DNA of 64,000 nucleotides from Alphaproteobacteria bacterium (GTDB lineage Bacteria; Pseudomonadota; Alphaproteobacteria; UBA7985): NCBI GenBank assembly GCA_965229645.1, contig OZ245893.1, positions 1,465,383 to 1,529,382 of the forward strand, read 5' to 3'. Shown piece by piece: positions 55,922 to 64,000 of this stretch (position 1 is its first letter; each line of letters starts with the position of its first letter). The notes under the pieces were generated by a model. It saw only the letters and a program-made list of their open reading frames with translations, ran no database searches and was not told where the DNA came from. The position numbers and the translations under genes were made by a program.

Positions 55922-57433
55922 TTATTCAGGCCTTGCCAAATAGTCAAAAGCCCATTCGCTATAGCCCTGCTCGCCGCGATACCAGGCGACCTTCTCCCCA
56001 GGGTTTTCACCATGGTTCCATCGCGGCGGCGTTCCATTGCGATTTGAACCGAGAACAAGCCGTCGTCGTTTTTGGCTTAGGATGATATCCCTTGTCAGCT
56101 TTTCCTCATCCCACTTCAGTTCGGCTTCTTGAACAAACTGAGCTACTAGGTCGGTATACTCATGCTCTTCCGCGAGGTTTTCCAGTTCATCAGGATCCTG
56201 TTCAACATTAAAAAGCAGGACGGGATCTCTGGACGAAGCGATAAACTTAAAGGCTCCCCTTCGGATCATGAAAATCGGCGCCAGAGTCGCTTCCGCCAAA
56301 TACTCCGCGTAGACCGCACGACGCGGTGAAGGATTGCCCTTATTCAGGAGCGCGCGCAAATCAATGCCATCCAGCATTTCGACGTCTGACTGCCAGTTTG
56401 TTTCGGTCGCGAACCCATTGAAGGTCGGCAACAGGTCTACCAGAGAGACCAGCTCGCGGACCCTCTGCGGCTCAATCCATGGTGCGGAAATAAATAAAGG
56501 AACGCGAAGGGAGGGTTCGAAAAAATGTTTCTTGAACCACATGCCCCGCTCGCCCAGCATTTCACCATGATCGGATGTAAAGATCAGTGCAGTGGACTCA
56601 AATTTTCCGACCGCTTTCAGCGTATCAATGATCCGCCCAATCATCTGATCCAGGTAGCTGATGGCCCCGTAGTGCGCCCGCCGAGCTCTCTTTACATCTT
56701 CCATATCAAATTCAAAATCCAGCATACCAAAGTCTTTGAGAAGTCTGACGGAATGTGCGTCATGTTGCGCCTCACTCATGGCGCCAACACTGGGCGCTGG
56801 TATGTCGGCGCCCTCATAAAGATCCCAATACTCCTTCTGGCACAAATAAGGTTCGTGGGGATGGGTATAAGATACTTGCAAGAAGAAAGGCCGCTGATCA
56901 TCCGAACGCGCCACGTCGTAAAGATAGTTGACGGCCCTAAAAGTTGCCTCTTCATCAAAATCTATCTGAACGCTACGTTCACAAATCCCTGAAATCAAGA
57001 CAGATCGAGGATCGTTGGTATCACGCTCACCTTCATCGCCCCAATTCGGGACCCAGGAAAAATCTGCTGGATATAGATCTGGCGTCAAACGCTGCTCAAA
57101 GCCGTGATATTGATCTGGCCCAATAAAGTGCATCTTGCCCGATAGGGCGGTCTGATACCCAAAGTTACGCAGATAGTGCGCGTAGGTTGGTATCGTCGCT
57201 GGAAGTTCTGCAGCGTTGTCATAAGCGCCGATTTTTGAGCAAAGCTGACCTGTGGCCATGGACGCCCGCGATGGTGAGCAGAGGGGAAAGTTGCAATAAG
57301 CATTCTCGAAAACAACGCCCTGTTCTGCCAATCGATCCAGGTTCGGACTTATGCAAAAGGCGTTGCCGTAGGCCCGAAGCGACCTTGCCGTGAGTTGGTC
57401 AACCTGAATGAACAAGATATTGGGTTTCGACAT
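55922..57433 (-). CDS. betC: Choline-sulfatase
   Basis: 503 aa. Sulfatase CSPSRAS motif. The N-terminus MSKPNILFIQVDQL is typical of BetC. Confidence 0.85.
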   Translation of the reverse strand: MSKPNILFIQVDQLTARSLRAYGNAFCISPNLDRLAEQGVVFENAYCNFPLCSPSRASMATGQLCSKIGAYDNAAELPATIPTYAHYLRNFGYQTALSGKMHFIGPDQYHGFEQRLTPDLYPADFSWVPNWGDEGERDTNDPRSVLISGICERSVQIDFDEEATFRAVNYLYDVARSDDQRPFFLQVSYTHPHEPYLCQKEYWDLYEGADIPAPSVGAMSEAQHDAHSVRLLKDFGMLDFEFDMEDVKRARRAHYGAISYLDQMIGRIIDTLKAVGKFESTALIFTSDHGEMLGERGMWFKKHFFEPSLRVPLFISAPWIEPQRVRELVSLVDLLPTFNGFATETNWQSDVEMLDGIDLRALLNKGNPSPRRAVYAEYLAEATLAPIFMIRRGAFKFIASSRDPVLLFNVEQDPDELENLAEEHEYTDLVAQFVQEAELKWDEEKLTRDIILSQKRRRLVLGSNRNGTPPRWNHGENPGEKVAWYRGEQGYSEWAFDYLARPE

Positions 57434-57543
57434 ACGAGTCCTTTTAACAACAATCGATTAAGATCATTGACAATTGCGACACCGCATGATACCAAGAAAT
57501 TCCACGCGGCGCAACCTGAATGTATGAAGGTGTTTGAATCCAT

Positions 57544-58221
57544 ATGGTCGAATGGAACTTTCTCGCTGTATTGGCAGATTATGACCTGTTGCTGCTTGGC
57601 TTGCTAAACACTCTCAAAGTTACCGCTCTCGCACTTTTTTTTGGCGTCCCCCTTGGGCTGGTTTTGGCCCTATTACGCCTATCGGGCATTCGGCTTGTTT
57701 CTGGCATAGCTTCATTCATTGTGGAGTTTTTCCGTACCACGCCGCCCCTGGTACAGTTGTTTTGGTTTTTCTTTGCCTTTCCCATTTTAGTCAACGTCTA
57801 CATGACCCCACTTGTCGCAGCGGTCCTTACCTTTTCCATCCAGTCATCCGCCTTCTTTGCCGAGATTTTTCGTAGCGGTATTCAGTCAATCGAACGGGGT
57901 CAATGGGAAGGCGCGAAAGCCATCGGGATGACGCAGCGGCAATCTTTACAACGGATCGTTCTGCCGCAGGCAATCAAACGCATGATTCCAGCCTTTATGG
58001 AAAGGTCGATTGAACTGCTGAAGACCACAACTTTGGTTTCTACGGTTTCATACACCGACCTCATGTTTCAGGCAAATGACCTTGCCCAAAAAACTTTCCG
58101 TCCTCTTGAGGTCTATACGATCATCGCGCTAATCTATTTCTTGCTGATCTTTATTTTTAGCCAACTGTCGATTCTCGTTGAATATCGTCTAGCCCGATCT
58201 GGCGAATCTACGGTACGATGA
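57544..58221 (+). CDS. Polar amino-acid ABC transporter permease
   Basis: 225 aa. His/Glu/Gln/Arg/opine-type 3-TM permease pattern. Confidence 0.9.
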   Translation: MVEWNFLAVLADYDLLLLGLLNTLKVTALALFFGVPLGLVLALLRLSGIRLVSGIASFIVEFFRTTPPLVQLFWFFFAFPILVNVYMTPLVAAVLTFSIQSSAFFAEIFRSGIQSIERGQWEGAKAIGMTQRQSLQRIVLPQAIKRMIPAFMERSIELLKTTTLVSTVSYTDLMFQANDLAQKTFRPLEVYTIIALIYFLLIFIFSQLSILVEYRLARSGESTVR

Positions 58222-58222
58222 C

Positions 58223-58888
58223 ATGAACTATCGTTGGGATTTCGCTTCCATAATTGACTACTGGCCCGTCCTGTGGGTTGGTCTTCAAGGAACGGTTCTT
58301 ATTTTCTTGGTGACGGTCGTTCTAGGACTTGGCGGTGGCCTACTAGTTGGGCTGTGTCGATATGCCAAGTCCAGGTACCTGCGATGGCCCGCAATGGCGT
58401 TTGTGGAAGTGTTTCGCAATACACCGGTCTTGGTTCAAATCATCTGGTTCTTTTACGCCTTTCCGATTCTAACGGGCATCGAGGTTGATCCATTTTTGGC
58501 AGCTGTCCTGGGCATTTCATTGAATACCATGGCTTTTTCAGCCGAAATATACCGCGCTGGCATCCAATCCATTGATCCTGGCCAATGGGAGGCGGGAAAG
58601 GCCATCGGCATGAGCTACGGTCATACGATGCGACGCATTATTTTACCTGTGGCGATTAAACGAATCCTGCCTGCACTCACCAATCGTGGAATCGAGGTGT
58701 TTAAGATGTCTACTTTGGCGTCCGTCGTTGCCTATGTTGAAACGCTTAACCAGGCTAAGCTGATTGCCGATCTCAACTTCAATCCCATTGAGGCCTATAC
58801 TGCTGTCGCGCTGATTTTCTTTGTTGTCTTATACCCTGTGGTTCAGGGAACCTATGTATTGGAACGCGTTTTGCGCAGAAGTGATTAA
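58223..58888 (+). CDS. Polar amino-acid ABC transporter permease (second subunit)
   Basis: 221 aa, paralogous to the preceding gene. Confidence 0.9.
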   Translation: MNYRWDFASIIDYWPVLWVGLQGTVLIFLVTVVLGLGGGLLVGLCRYAKSRYLRWPAMAFVEVFRNTPVLVQIIWFFYAFPILTGIEVDPFLAAVLGISLNTMAFSAEIYRAGIQSIDPGQWEAGKAIGMSYGHTMRRIILPVAIKRILPALTNRGIEVFKMSTLASVVAYVETLNQAKLIADLNFNPIEAYTAVALIFFVVLYPVVQGTYVLERVLRRSD

Positions 58889-58891
58889 CTT

Positions 58892-59665
58892 ATGTCTGAG
58901 ATTGTCCGCATCGAAAACTTGCACAAGAGCTTTGACAAGCTGGAGGTCCTAAAGGGGATTAGCCTGCAGGTTCAAAAAGGGGAAGCCGTAGTTTTGCTTG
59001 GATCCTCTGGTTCGGGGAAAAGTACCTTGTTGCGATGCGTGAACTTTATGGAAACACCCTCCCAAGGTCGCATCTATCTGCATGGTGAGCTGATCGGCAC
59101 CCAGCGCGGCAGCCAAATGCACTACCGCGAAAGCGAACTGTGCCAAATCCGAACCCGGATCGGCATGGTGTTTCAACATTTCAATCTCTTTCCGCATAAG
59201 ACTGTGGTGGAGAATGTCATGGAGGGACAACTTGTTGTCCTGAAACGGTCGCGCAAGCAGGCCGAAGAAACGGCCAAAAAACAGCTGGAAAGGGTCGGCT
59301 TGGCCGATAAGGCGGGAGAGTATCCGTCAAGGCTATCTGGTGGACAAAAGCAGCGTGTGGCCATTGCACGCGCCCTTGCCATGGACCCAGATGTCATGCT
59401 GTTTGACGAAGTCACCTCGGCCTTAGACCCAGAACTGGTTGGCGAAGTGCTAAAAACCATGCGCCAGTTGGCAGATGAAGGCATGACCATGCTGGTTGTG
59501 ACGCACGAATTGGGCTTTGCGTATCATGTTGCAAACAGGGTCCTTTTCTTGAACGAAGGGATCATCCATGAGCAAGGCGATCCCAGGAAAGTGTTGAAAA
59601 CGCCCACGACAAGTAGGATGCGGGAGTTCCTTGAGGGGCACTCGCTTTTTAAGTTGCCCGATTAA
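58892..59665 (+). CDS. Polar amino-acid ABC transporter ATP-binding protein
   Basis: GSSGSGKSTLLRC, LSGGQKQRVAIARAL, MLFDEVTSALD. Confidence 0.95.
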   Translation: MSEIVRIENLHKSFDKLEVLKGISLQVQKGEAVVLLGSSGSGKSTLLRCVNFMETPSQGRIYLHGELIGTQRGSQMHYRESELCQIRTRIGMVFQHFNLFPHKTVVENVMEGQLVVLKRSRKQAEETAKKQLERVGLADKAGEYPSRLSGGQKQRVAIARALAMDPDVMLFDEVTSALDPELVGEVLKTMRQLADEGMTMLVVTHELGFAYHVANRVLFLNEGIIHEQGDPRKVLKTPTTSRMREFLEGHSLFKLPD

Positions 59666-59936
59666 GTTGGCCTGGGGCGAAGATTTCCACGCGGTGCAAA
59701 AGGACAAGTCGCAGAACGGCACTGAATTTTGTCTCGGTTCGTATAGGAACGCCTTCAGACTGGCGCCCAATTCCTGCTCAACTAAGGCGAGCAAGGCCTG
59801 ATTTGGTTCAAAGACCCTAACCCTGGCAACCCTAATGACAGGTATTGCGCCGCTATTGCGTCTGCCCAGTCGGCCTGCTATTCGTCTTACTGGTTAAGTC
59901 CGTTCACCATAACTTATAAGTAAGAAAGAAGAAGCC

Positions 59937-60773
59937 ATGAGAAGTTTAGTATCAAGACTGGGCATCGGCCTAGCATCAATCCTGGCCGCATCTGCCACAA
60001 TGGCAGGTATTGCGTCTGCGCAGTCAACCTGGGAAAATATTCAGTCATCTGGCACGCTTCGCATGGGCGTGACGCAGGCGCCCCCTTGGTTTTCCAAGAA
60101 CCCACAAACTGGTGAGTGGGATAGCGGTTTGATTGTTTCCGTCGGCCAATCCATGGCGGATGAGTTAGGGGTCGACCTGGAAACGGTAGAGGTGACATGG
60201 GCCACCGCCATTGCGGCGCTCCAGGCGGACAAAATAGACATGATGTTCCTGGATGCCACGCCACAACGGGCCATAGTTGTCGATTATCCGTTCCAGCCAC
60301 TGCTCTATATATCGTTGGCCGTTTTGGCTCGGGACGACCTAGAGGTGGCAACATGGGAAGACTTGAACACGCCTGACGTCACCGTCGCCGTGCCGCAGGC
60401 AACCAGCATGGATGCATTTTTGACGCGTACAATTCCCAATGCAAACATCCAGCGGTTCCCTGATAATGGCGCATCTCTTGCCGCGTTCCAATCGGGCCGG
60501 GTTGATGCGGTGTCCCTATTCCACCCGCCTTTGCTAGCGGCGCAGAAGAGGTTTGGCAGCGGCAAGATTGTGATCCCGACACCTGCCTTCAGTTCGCCGT
60601 CGTCGATTGCCGTTCGCCGTGAGGACGACAAAACGTTCCGAGACTGGATCAGCCATACCATCTTCTACTACTACGAAACGGGTCGCACCCAGCGTTGGTA
60701 CGAAGAGTTCCTGGCGGAGTTCGGGCTCGATCCCCAGGCGTCCCCCGTCATTCAACGCGAATTGTTGTTTTAA
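59937..60773 (+). CDS. Family-3 (amino-acid type) ABC substrate-binding protein
   Basis: 278 aa. Signal peptide MRSLVSRLGIGLASILAASATMAGIASA. Confidence 0.8.
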   Translation: MRSLVSRLGIGLASILAASATMAGIASAQSTWENIQSSGTLRMGVTQAPPWFSKNPQTGEWDSGLIVSVGQSMADELGVDLETVEVTWATAIAALQADKIDMMFLDATPQRAIVVDYPFQPLLYISLAVLARDDLEVATWEDLNTPDVTVAVPQATSMDAFLTRTIPNANIQRFPDNGASLAAFQSGRVDAVSLFHPPLLAAQKRFGSGKIVIPTPAFSSPSSIAVRREDDKTFRDWISHTIFYYYETGRTQRWYEEFLAEFGLDPQASPVIQRELLF

Positions 60774-60835
60774 TTTGCTTTGCTATTCTAAGTTTGGGGG
60801 GCTACGGCCCCCCTATCAGTTTTTGAGACTTAGGA

Positions 60836-61765
60836 ATGCTTGAAACCAATCCTGTTTCTACTCATGACGCGGCCGAAGATGGTCGCAACAAAGATATCTT
60901 GATTTACGTCGATGGCGAGATTGTTCATCGTGATAAGGCATTGGTTTCGGTCTATGACAGCGGCTTCATGCTCGGCGATGGGATCTGGGAAGGCCTGCGC
61001 CTGTACGACGGCCATATTGCCTTTTTGGATGAGCATTTGGATCGGCTTTATGAGGCAGCCCTATACATCGATCTAGACATAGGGAAATCGCGCCAGGAAT
61101 TGATCGACGCAATTTTTGTAACCCTGGCGGCAAACCAGATGCAAACCCATGTCCATATACGTTTGATGATTACGCGCGGAAAGAAGAAGAAGCCGTTCCA
61201 GCACCCCCACCTTAGCATATTTGGCGCAACGATTGTCATAATTGCCGAGCACTCTAAACCCGATGAGACCATCATCGAACGTGGAATTCGGCTTTGCACT
61301 GTCCCACATCATCGGGGCTTACCGCTGACCCAAGATGCGAAACTCAATTCGCATTCCAAGCTAAACTGCATTATTGCCTTGAACCACGCGATCCGATCTG
61401 GCGCGGATGAGGCACTCATGCTTGATCCCTTTGGTTTTGTGAACACGACCAACGCCTGCAACTTCTTTATTGTTCGAAAAGGTGAGGTTTGGACCTCCCG
61501 CGGTGACCATTGCATGAACGGCATTACGCGCCAGAAGGTCATCGACCTATGCAAAGCAAATTCTATACCCGTCTGCGAGCGAAATTACTCCCTAGTGGAC
61601 ACTTACGGTGCTGATGAAGCCTTCTTAACAGGGACCTTCGGGGCTCAAACGCCTGTATTTGAAATAGATGGCCGCAGAATTGGTGACGGGAAAGCAGGCC
61701 CCATTTTCCACCAGCTACGACAACTCTATAAGGATTTAATCTGTAGGGAACGTGACTTGGTCTAA
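60836..61765 (+). CDS. Class IV aminotransferase (branched-chain/D-amino-acid type)
   Basis: 309 aa. The fold-type IV pattern was recognised by eye. Confidence 0.7.
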   Translation: MLETNPVSTHDAAEDGRNKDILIYVDGEIVHRDKALVSVYDSGFMLGDGIWEGLRLYDGHIAFLDEHLDRLYEAALYIDLDIGKSRQELIDAIFVTLAANQMQTHVHIRLMITRGKKKKPFQHPHLSIFGATIVIIAEHSKPDETIIERGIRLCTVPHHRGLPLTQDAKLNSHSKLNCIIALNHAIRSGADEALMLDPFGFVNTTNACNFFIVRKGEVWTSRGDHCMNGITRQKVIDLCKANSIPVCERNYSLVDTYGADEAFLTGTFGAQTPVFEIDGRRIGDGKAGPIFHQLRQLYKDLICRERDLV

Positions 61766-61960
61766 TATGGGTTCGCTACCCATATCGGGTCCCAGGTCGA
61801 TTGGAACAATCGATCCCAAGGAACATCCACGCTAACCACGAGATTTGGCCATAACTTCGCGCCCAAGCCCTTCACCTGCGCGTTGAAGCCTCCTCTACCT
61901 CCGAAGCGCGCGTGGGAACCGCCCACTTGTACTTTGTCTAAATCTGCGCCAGGAAATCGC

Positions 61961-63034
61961 ATGCTCGGGCGTCGAAAATTCTTACAACTTGCAGCGGGAT
62001 CCCTGGGCGCGGGCGCGCTGCCGTCGCACGGTCAGGCGCAGTCCCCAGACCGATTCAAAGTTCCAGCCGAGGACGCGCCCCACGAGGCCACGTTCATGCA
62101 GTGGCCTTCAACCCTGTCGATCTACGGGGATAGTTGGTTTCTGCGCGAAACGCAGGCGAGCATCGCCTTGATCGCCAACACCATCGCGGACTTTGAGCCT
62201 CTTATCCTGCTCGCCGATCGCGCGCACCACGCGCAGATCCGCCGCCAGGTCGGCGCCAATGTGACGCTTTGGGACATGGCAACGCAAGACCTGTGGTGTC
62301 GCGATTCTGGGCCACTGGTCGCCCGCGACCCGTCGGGGCAGCGCGCGGTCGTGGGGATACAATTCAACGGCTGGGGCGGCAAGCAAGTCCATGACCTAGA
62401 TGCCCGCATCGCCCGCGCGGTGGCGGATTCGCTGGACTTTCCTTACCTTGAAACGGGTCTGGTCGGCGAAGGCGGCGGCGTTGAACAAGACGGCCACGGC
62501 ACCCTCCTGGCGCACGAAAGTTCTTGGATCAATCGGAACCGCAACCCTGGAATGACCAAGGCCGAGGTGAGTCGGAGGTTAGAACAGGCCTACGGTGCCA
62601 GCCATGTGATTTGGGCGCCTGGGCTCGCTGGGCAAGACATCACGGACTACCATATTGACTCTCTGGCGCGCTTTACGGGACCAAGTCGCGTGCTGGTGAA
62701 CCTGCCCCGCGACCCCGATCCTTACGACCCCTTTCATCGGGCAGCCCAGAAAACCGTGGCGACGCTGAAGGCCGCAGACTTAAACCTTACCCAGATTTAC
62801 GAACCCGTGTATCGCCGGGTCCGCAGCTACGACTTTGTCGCCTCTTACGTGAACTACTATGTCTGCAACGGCGCACTGCTCGTCGCCGAATTTGGCGACA
62901 CGGACATGGATACCGCCGCCGTTGCCGCCGTGCGCGCGGCCTATCCTGGTCGAGAGATCGTCCCGCTCAATGTCGATATCCTTGGGGAGCTTGGCGGCGG
63001 CATTCATTGCGCAACCCAACAGTTGATCGCTTAG
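61961..63034 (+). CDS. Agmatine deiminase family protein with Tat-type signal
   Basis: ATG 61961 gives MLGRRKFLQLAAG.. (twin-arginine). WCRDSGP and the C-terminal GGGIHCATQQ catalytic Cys motif. The track ORF starts at TTG 61883. Confidence 0.85.
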   Translation: MLGRRKFLQLAAGSLGAGALPSHGQAQSPDRFKVPAEDAPHEATFMQWPSTLSIYGDSWFLRETQASIALIANTIADFEPLILLADRAHHAQIRRQVGANVTLWDMATQDLWCRDSGPLVARDPSGQRAVVGIQFNGWGGKQVHDLDARIARAVADSLDFPYLETGLVGEGGGVEQDGHGTLLAHESSWINRNRNPGMTKAEVSRRLEQAYGASHVIWAPGLAGQDITDYHIDSLARFTGPSRVLVNLPRDPDPYDPFHRAAQKTVATLKAADLNLTQIYEPVYRRVRSYDFVASYVNYYVCNGALLVAEFGDTDMDTAAVAAVRAAYPGREIVPLNVDILGELGGGIHCATQQLIA

Positions 63035-63284
63035 CTTCGGCGTCATCTTTTTGGTTACGGATTGACATCCTTGGTGCGAAGCTTGTAGATTAGGTTGATA
63101 CCTAACACAGTTTTTGGATTTGTCGATCATGGCTTCATCGCCTGCGGCGACGAAATTACCGAGGCGACAAAGAATTAGCTCAGCACCCGACTGGACGCGA
63201 CTACGCGTTCCCAAATTATGTTCATTGGCCAGAATGATATCCTCGACCTCTATGTCGTCATGAGCACGCCGCTTCCCAATGTCT

Positions 63285-63520
63285 TACCGAAGGAGTCAGA
63301 GACAGACGACGAAACTCCTTTCTGTTCATCGCAAGACGAGCACTTGCTGGTGTGCTGATTTCTTGCTATATACCCGTGGCTTACGGGCAGACTTCCTGCC
63401 GCGAATCGCGGCAAATGAAAACGATGGTAGGCATGCTGCTTGCCTTCATGTTCCCTTGCGGTCATTCGGTGTACCGGTGACACTCGCGTAAGAGTGCCCG
63501 TAAGCGCCAAACCAGGAGCG
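63285..63520 (+). ncRNA. Hairpin-rich non-coding region upstream of the RT (candidate retron msr-msd or DRT-type ncRNA)
   Basis: Stems aaggagt/actcctt (63290-63320), cccgt/acggg (63373-63387), tgccgcg/cgcggca (63397-63413) and aggca/tgcct. No convincing ORF. Confidence 0.3.
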
Positions 63521-63527
63521 TAGGCAT

Positions 63528-64000
63528 TTGAGTTCATTAGAAAAGCTACACGAGGCAAAGAGTCTGGCGGACATTGCCAAGCTGCTTGGCTTCACCCCAA
63601 GGGGTGTTAGTTACGTCCTTTACAAGATGGATGCGGGTAAGAAGTACAGGTCCTTTGATATCCCAAAGAAATCGGGCGGCGTGCGCACCATTCATGCCCC
63701 CGAACCGCGGCTCGCTTCGCTTCAGACCCGCCTTTCCAAGTTACTCTATGACTGCGTGCATGAGAAAATGAAAACTGACCGACGCCTTTGGTTTGCGTCG
63801 CATGGCTTTCATCGAGGCCGCACCATCGTCTCCAATGCTGAAGTGCACAGGCGGCGGCGTTTCATCTTCAATCTCGATTTGGAAAATTTCTTCGGCACGA
63901 TTAATTTCGGGCGCGTGCGCGGCTTCTTCATCCGCGATTCTATGTTCTCGCTGGAGCCCAAGGCTGCTACAGTCATTGCACAGATCGCATGCCATGAAAA
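63528..64000 (+). CDS. Retron/defence-type reverse transcriptase, 5' part (runs off the window end)
   Basis: TTG 63528 with AGGAG 9 nt upstream. [27 protein letters not shown] and [11 protein letters not shown] match RT motifs 1-2 of retron/Abi-like RTs. Absent from the ORF track because there is no stop in the window. Confidence 0.75.
   Translation, partial: MSSLEKLHEAKSLADIAKLLGFTPRGVSYVLYKMDAGKKYRSFDIPKKSGGVRTIHAPEPRLASLQTRLSKLLYDCVHEKMKTDRRLWFASHGFHRGRTIVSNAEVHRRRRFIFNLDLENFFGTINFGRVRGFFIRDSMFSLEPKAATVIAQIACHE

Noticed and set aside
62780-63214. 144-aa minus-strand ORF downstream of the agmatine deiminase gene. Its ..ILANEHNLG.. stretch is vaguely PIN/nuclease-like.
   Set aside because: More than half of it is antisense to the well-supported deiminase 3' end. 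There is no RBS, and the similarity is too vague.

Overview
This is a 64-kb chromosomal window from a high-G+C Gram-negative bacterium. Gene order and protein style look alphaproteobacterial, but that is an inference. No database or structure searches were possible, so all domain calls are by-eye motif recognition and all G+C values are visual estimates.

**Part 1 (1-9.8 kb).** SDR and SnoaL-like genes, then a polyol-type ABC uptake and dehydrogenase operon. Its second permease carries a ~245-aa Calx-beta-like insertion in a predicted periplasmic loop.

**Part 2 (~9.9-42.1 kb).** A visibly low-G+C island with no integrase. All cargo genes are on the minus strand. It holds seven IS elements or remnants: IS5/IS1182-like, IS110, two ISAs1, IS30, IS66 and IS1380.
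- It encodes one giant RTX protein of ~3,400 codons once an ISAs1 and an IS110 insertion are removed in silico.
- That protein has a Hint/bacterial-intein-like domain between glycine-zipper membrane segments, three type-1-secretion (T1SS) C-terminal-type domains, and galactose-binding-like modules.
- Around it lie repeated small-gene cassettes. Each has the same promoter-like box, SD and GTG head.
- The cassette contents are four exact-length copies of a 168-codon gene, each followed by a 148-aa partner, plus two copies of a TM-protein/lipase pair.
- There are also orphan copies of both the 5' and the 3' end of the giant gene.
- I read this as a decayed T1SS/RTX-anchored polymorphic toxin-immunity locus with a constant C-terminal end. 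This is the main candidate for undescribed biology.

**Part 3 (42.1-64 kb).** Core genes ispB, leuA, arsR plus a permease, mreBCD-mrdA-rodA, kdsB, a PfkB kinase and tsaE. These are followed by a lower-G+C metabolic block (choline sulfatase, amino-acid ABC transporter, class IV aminotransferase) and an agmatine deiminase. At the window edge is a partial retron/defence-type reverse transcriptase preceded by hairpin-rich non-coding DNA.

A ~200-bp multi-hairpin repeat (six copies) fills intergenic gaps, overlaps gene ends and brackets the island.
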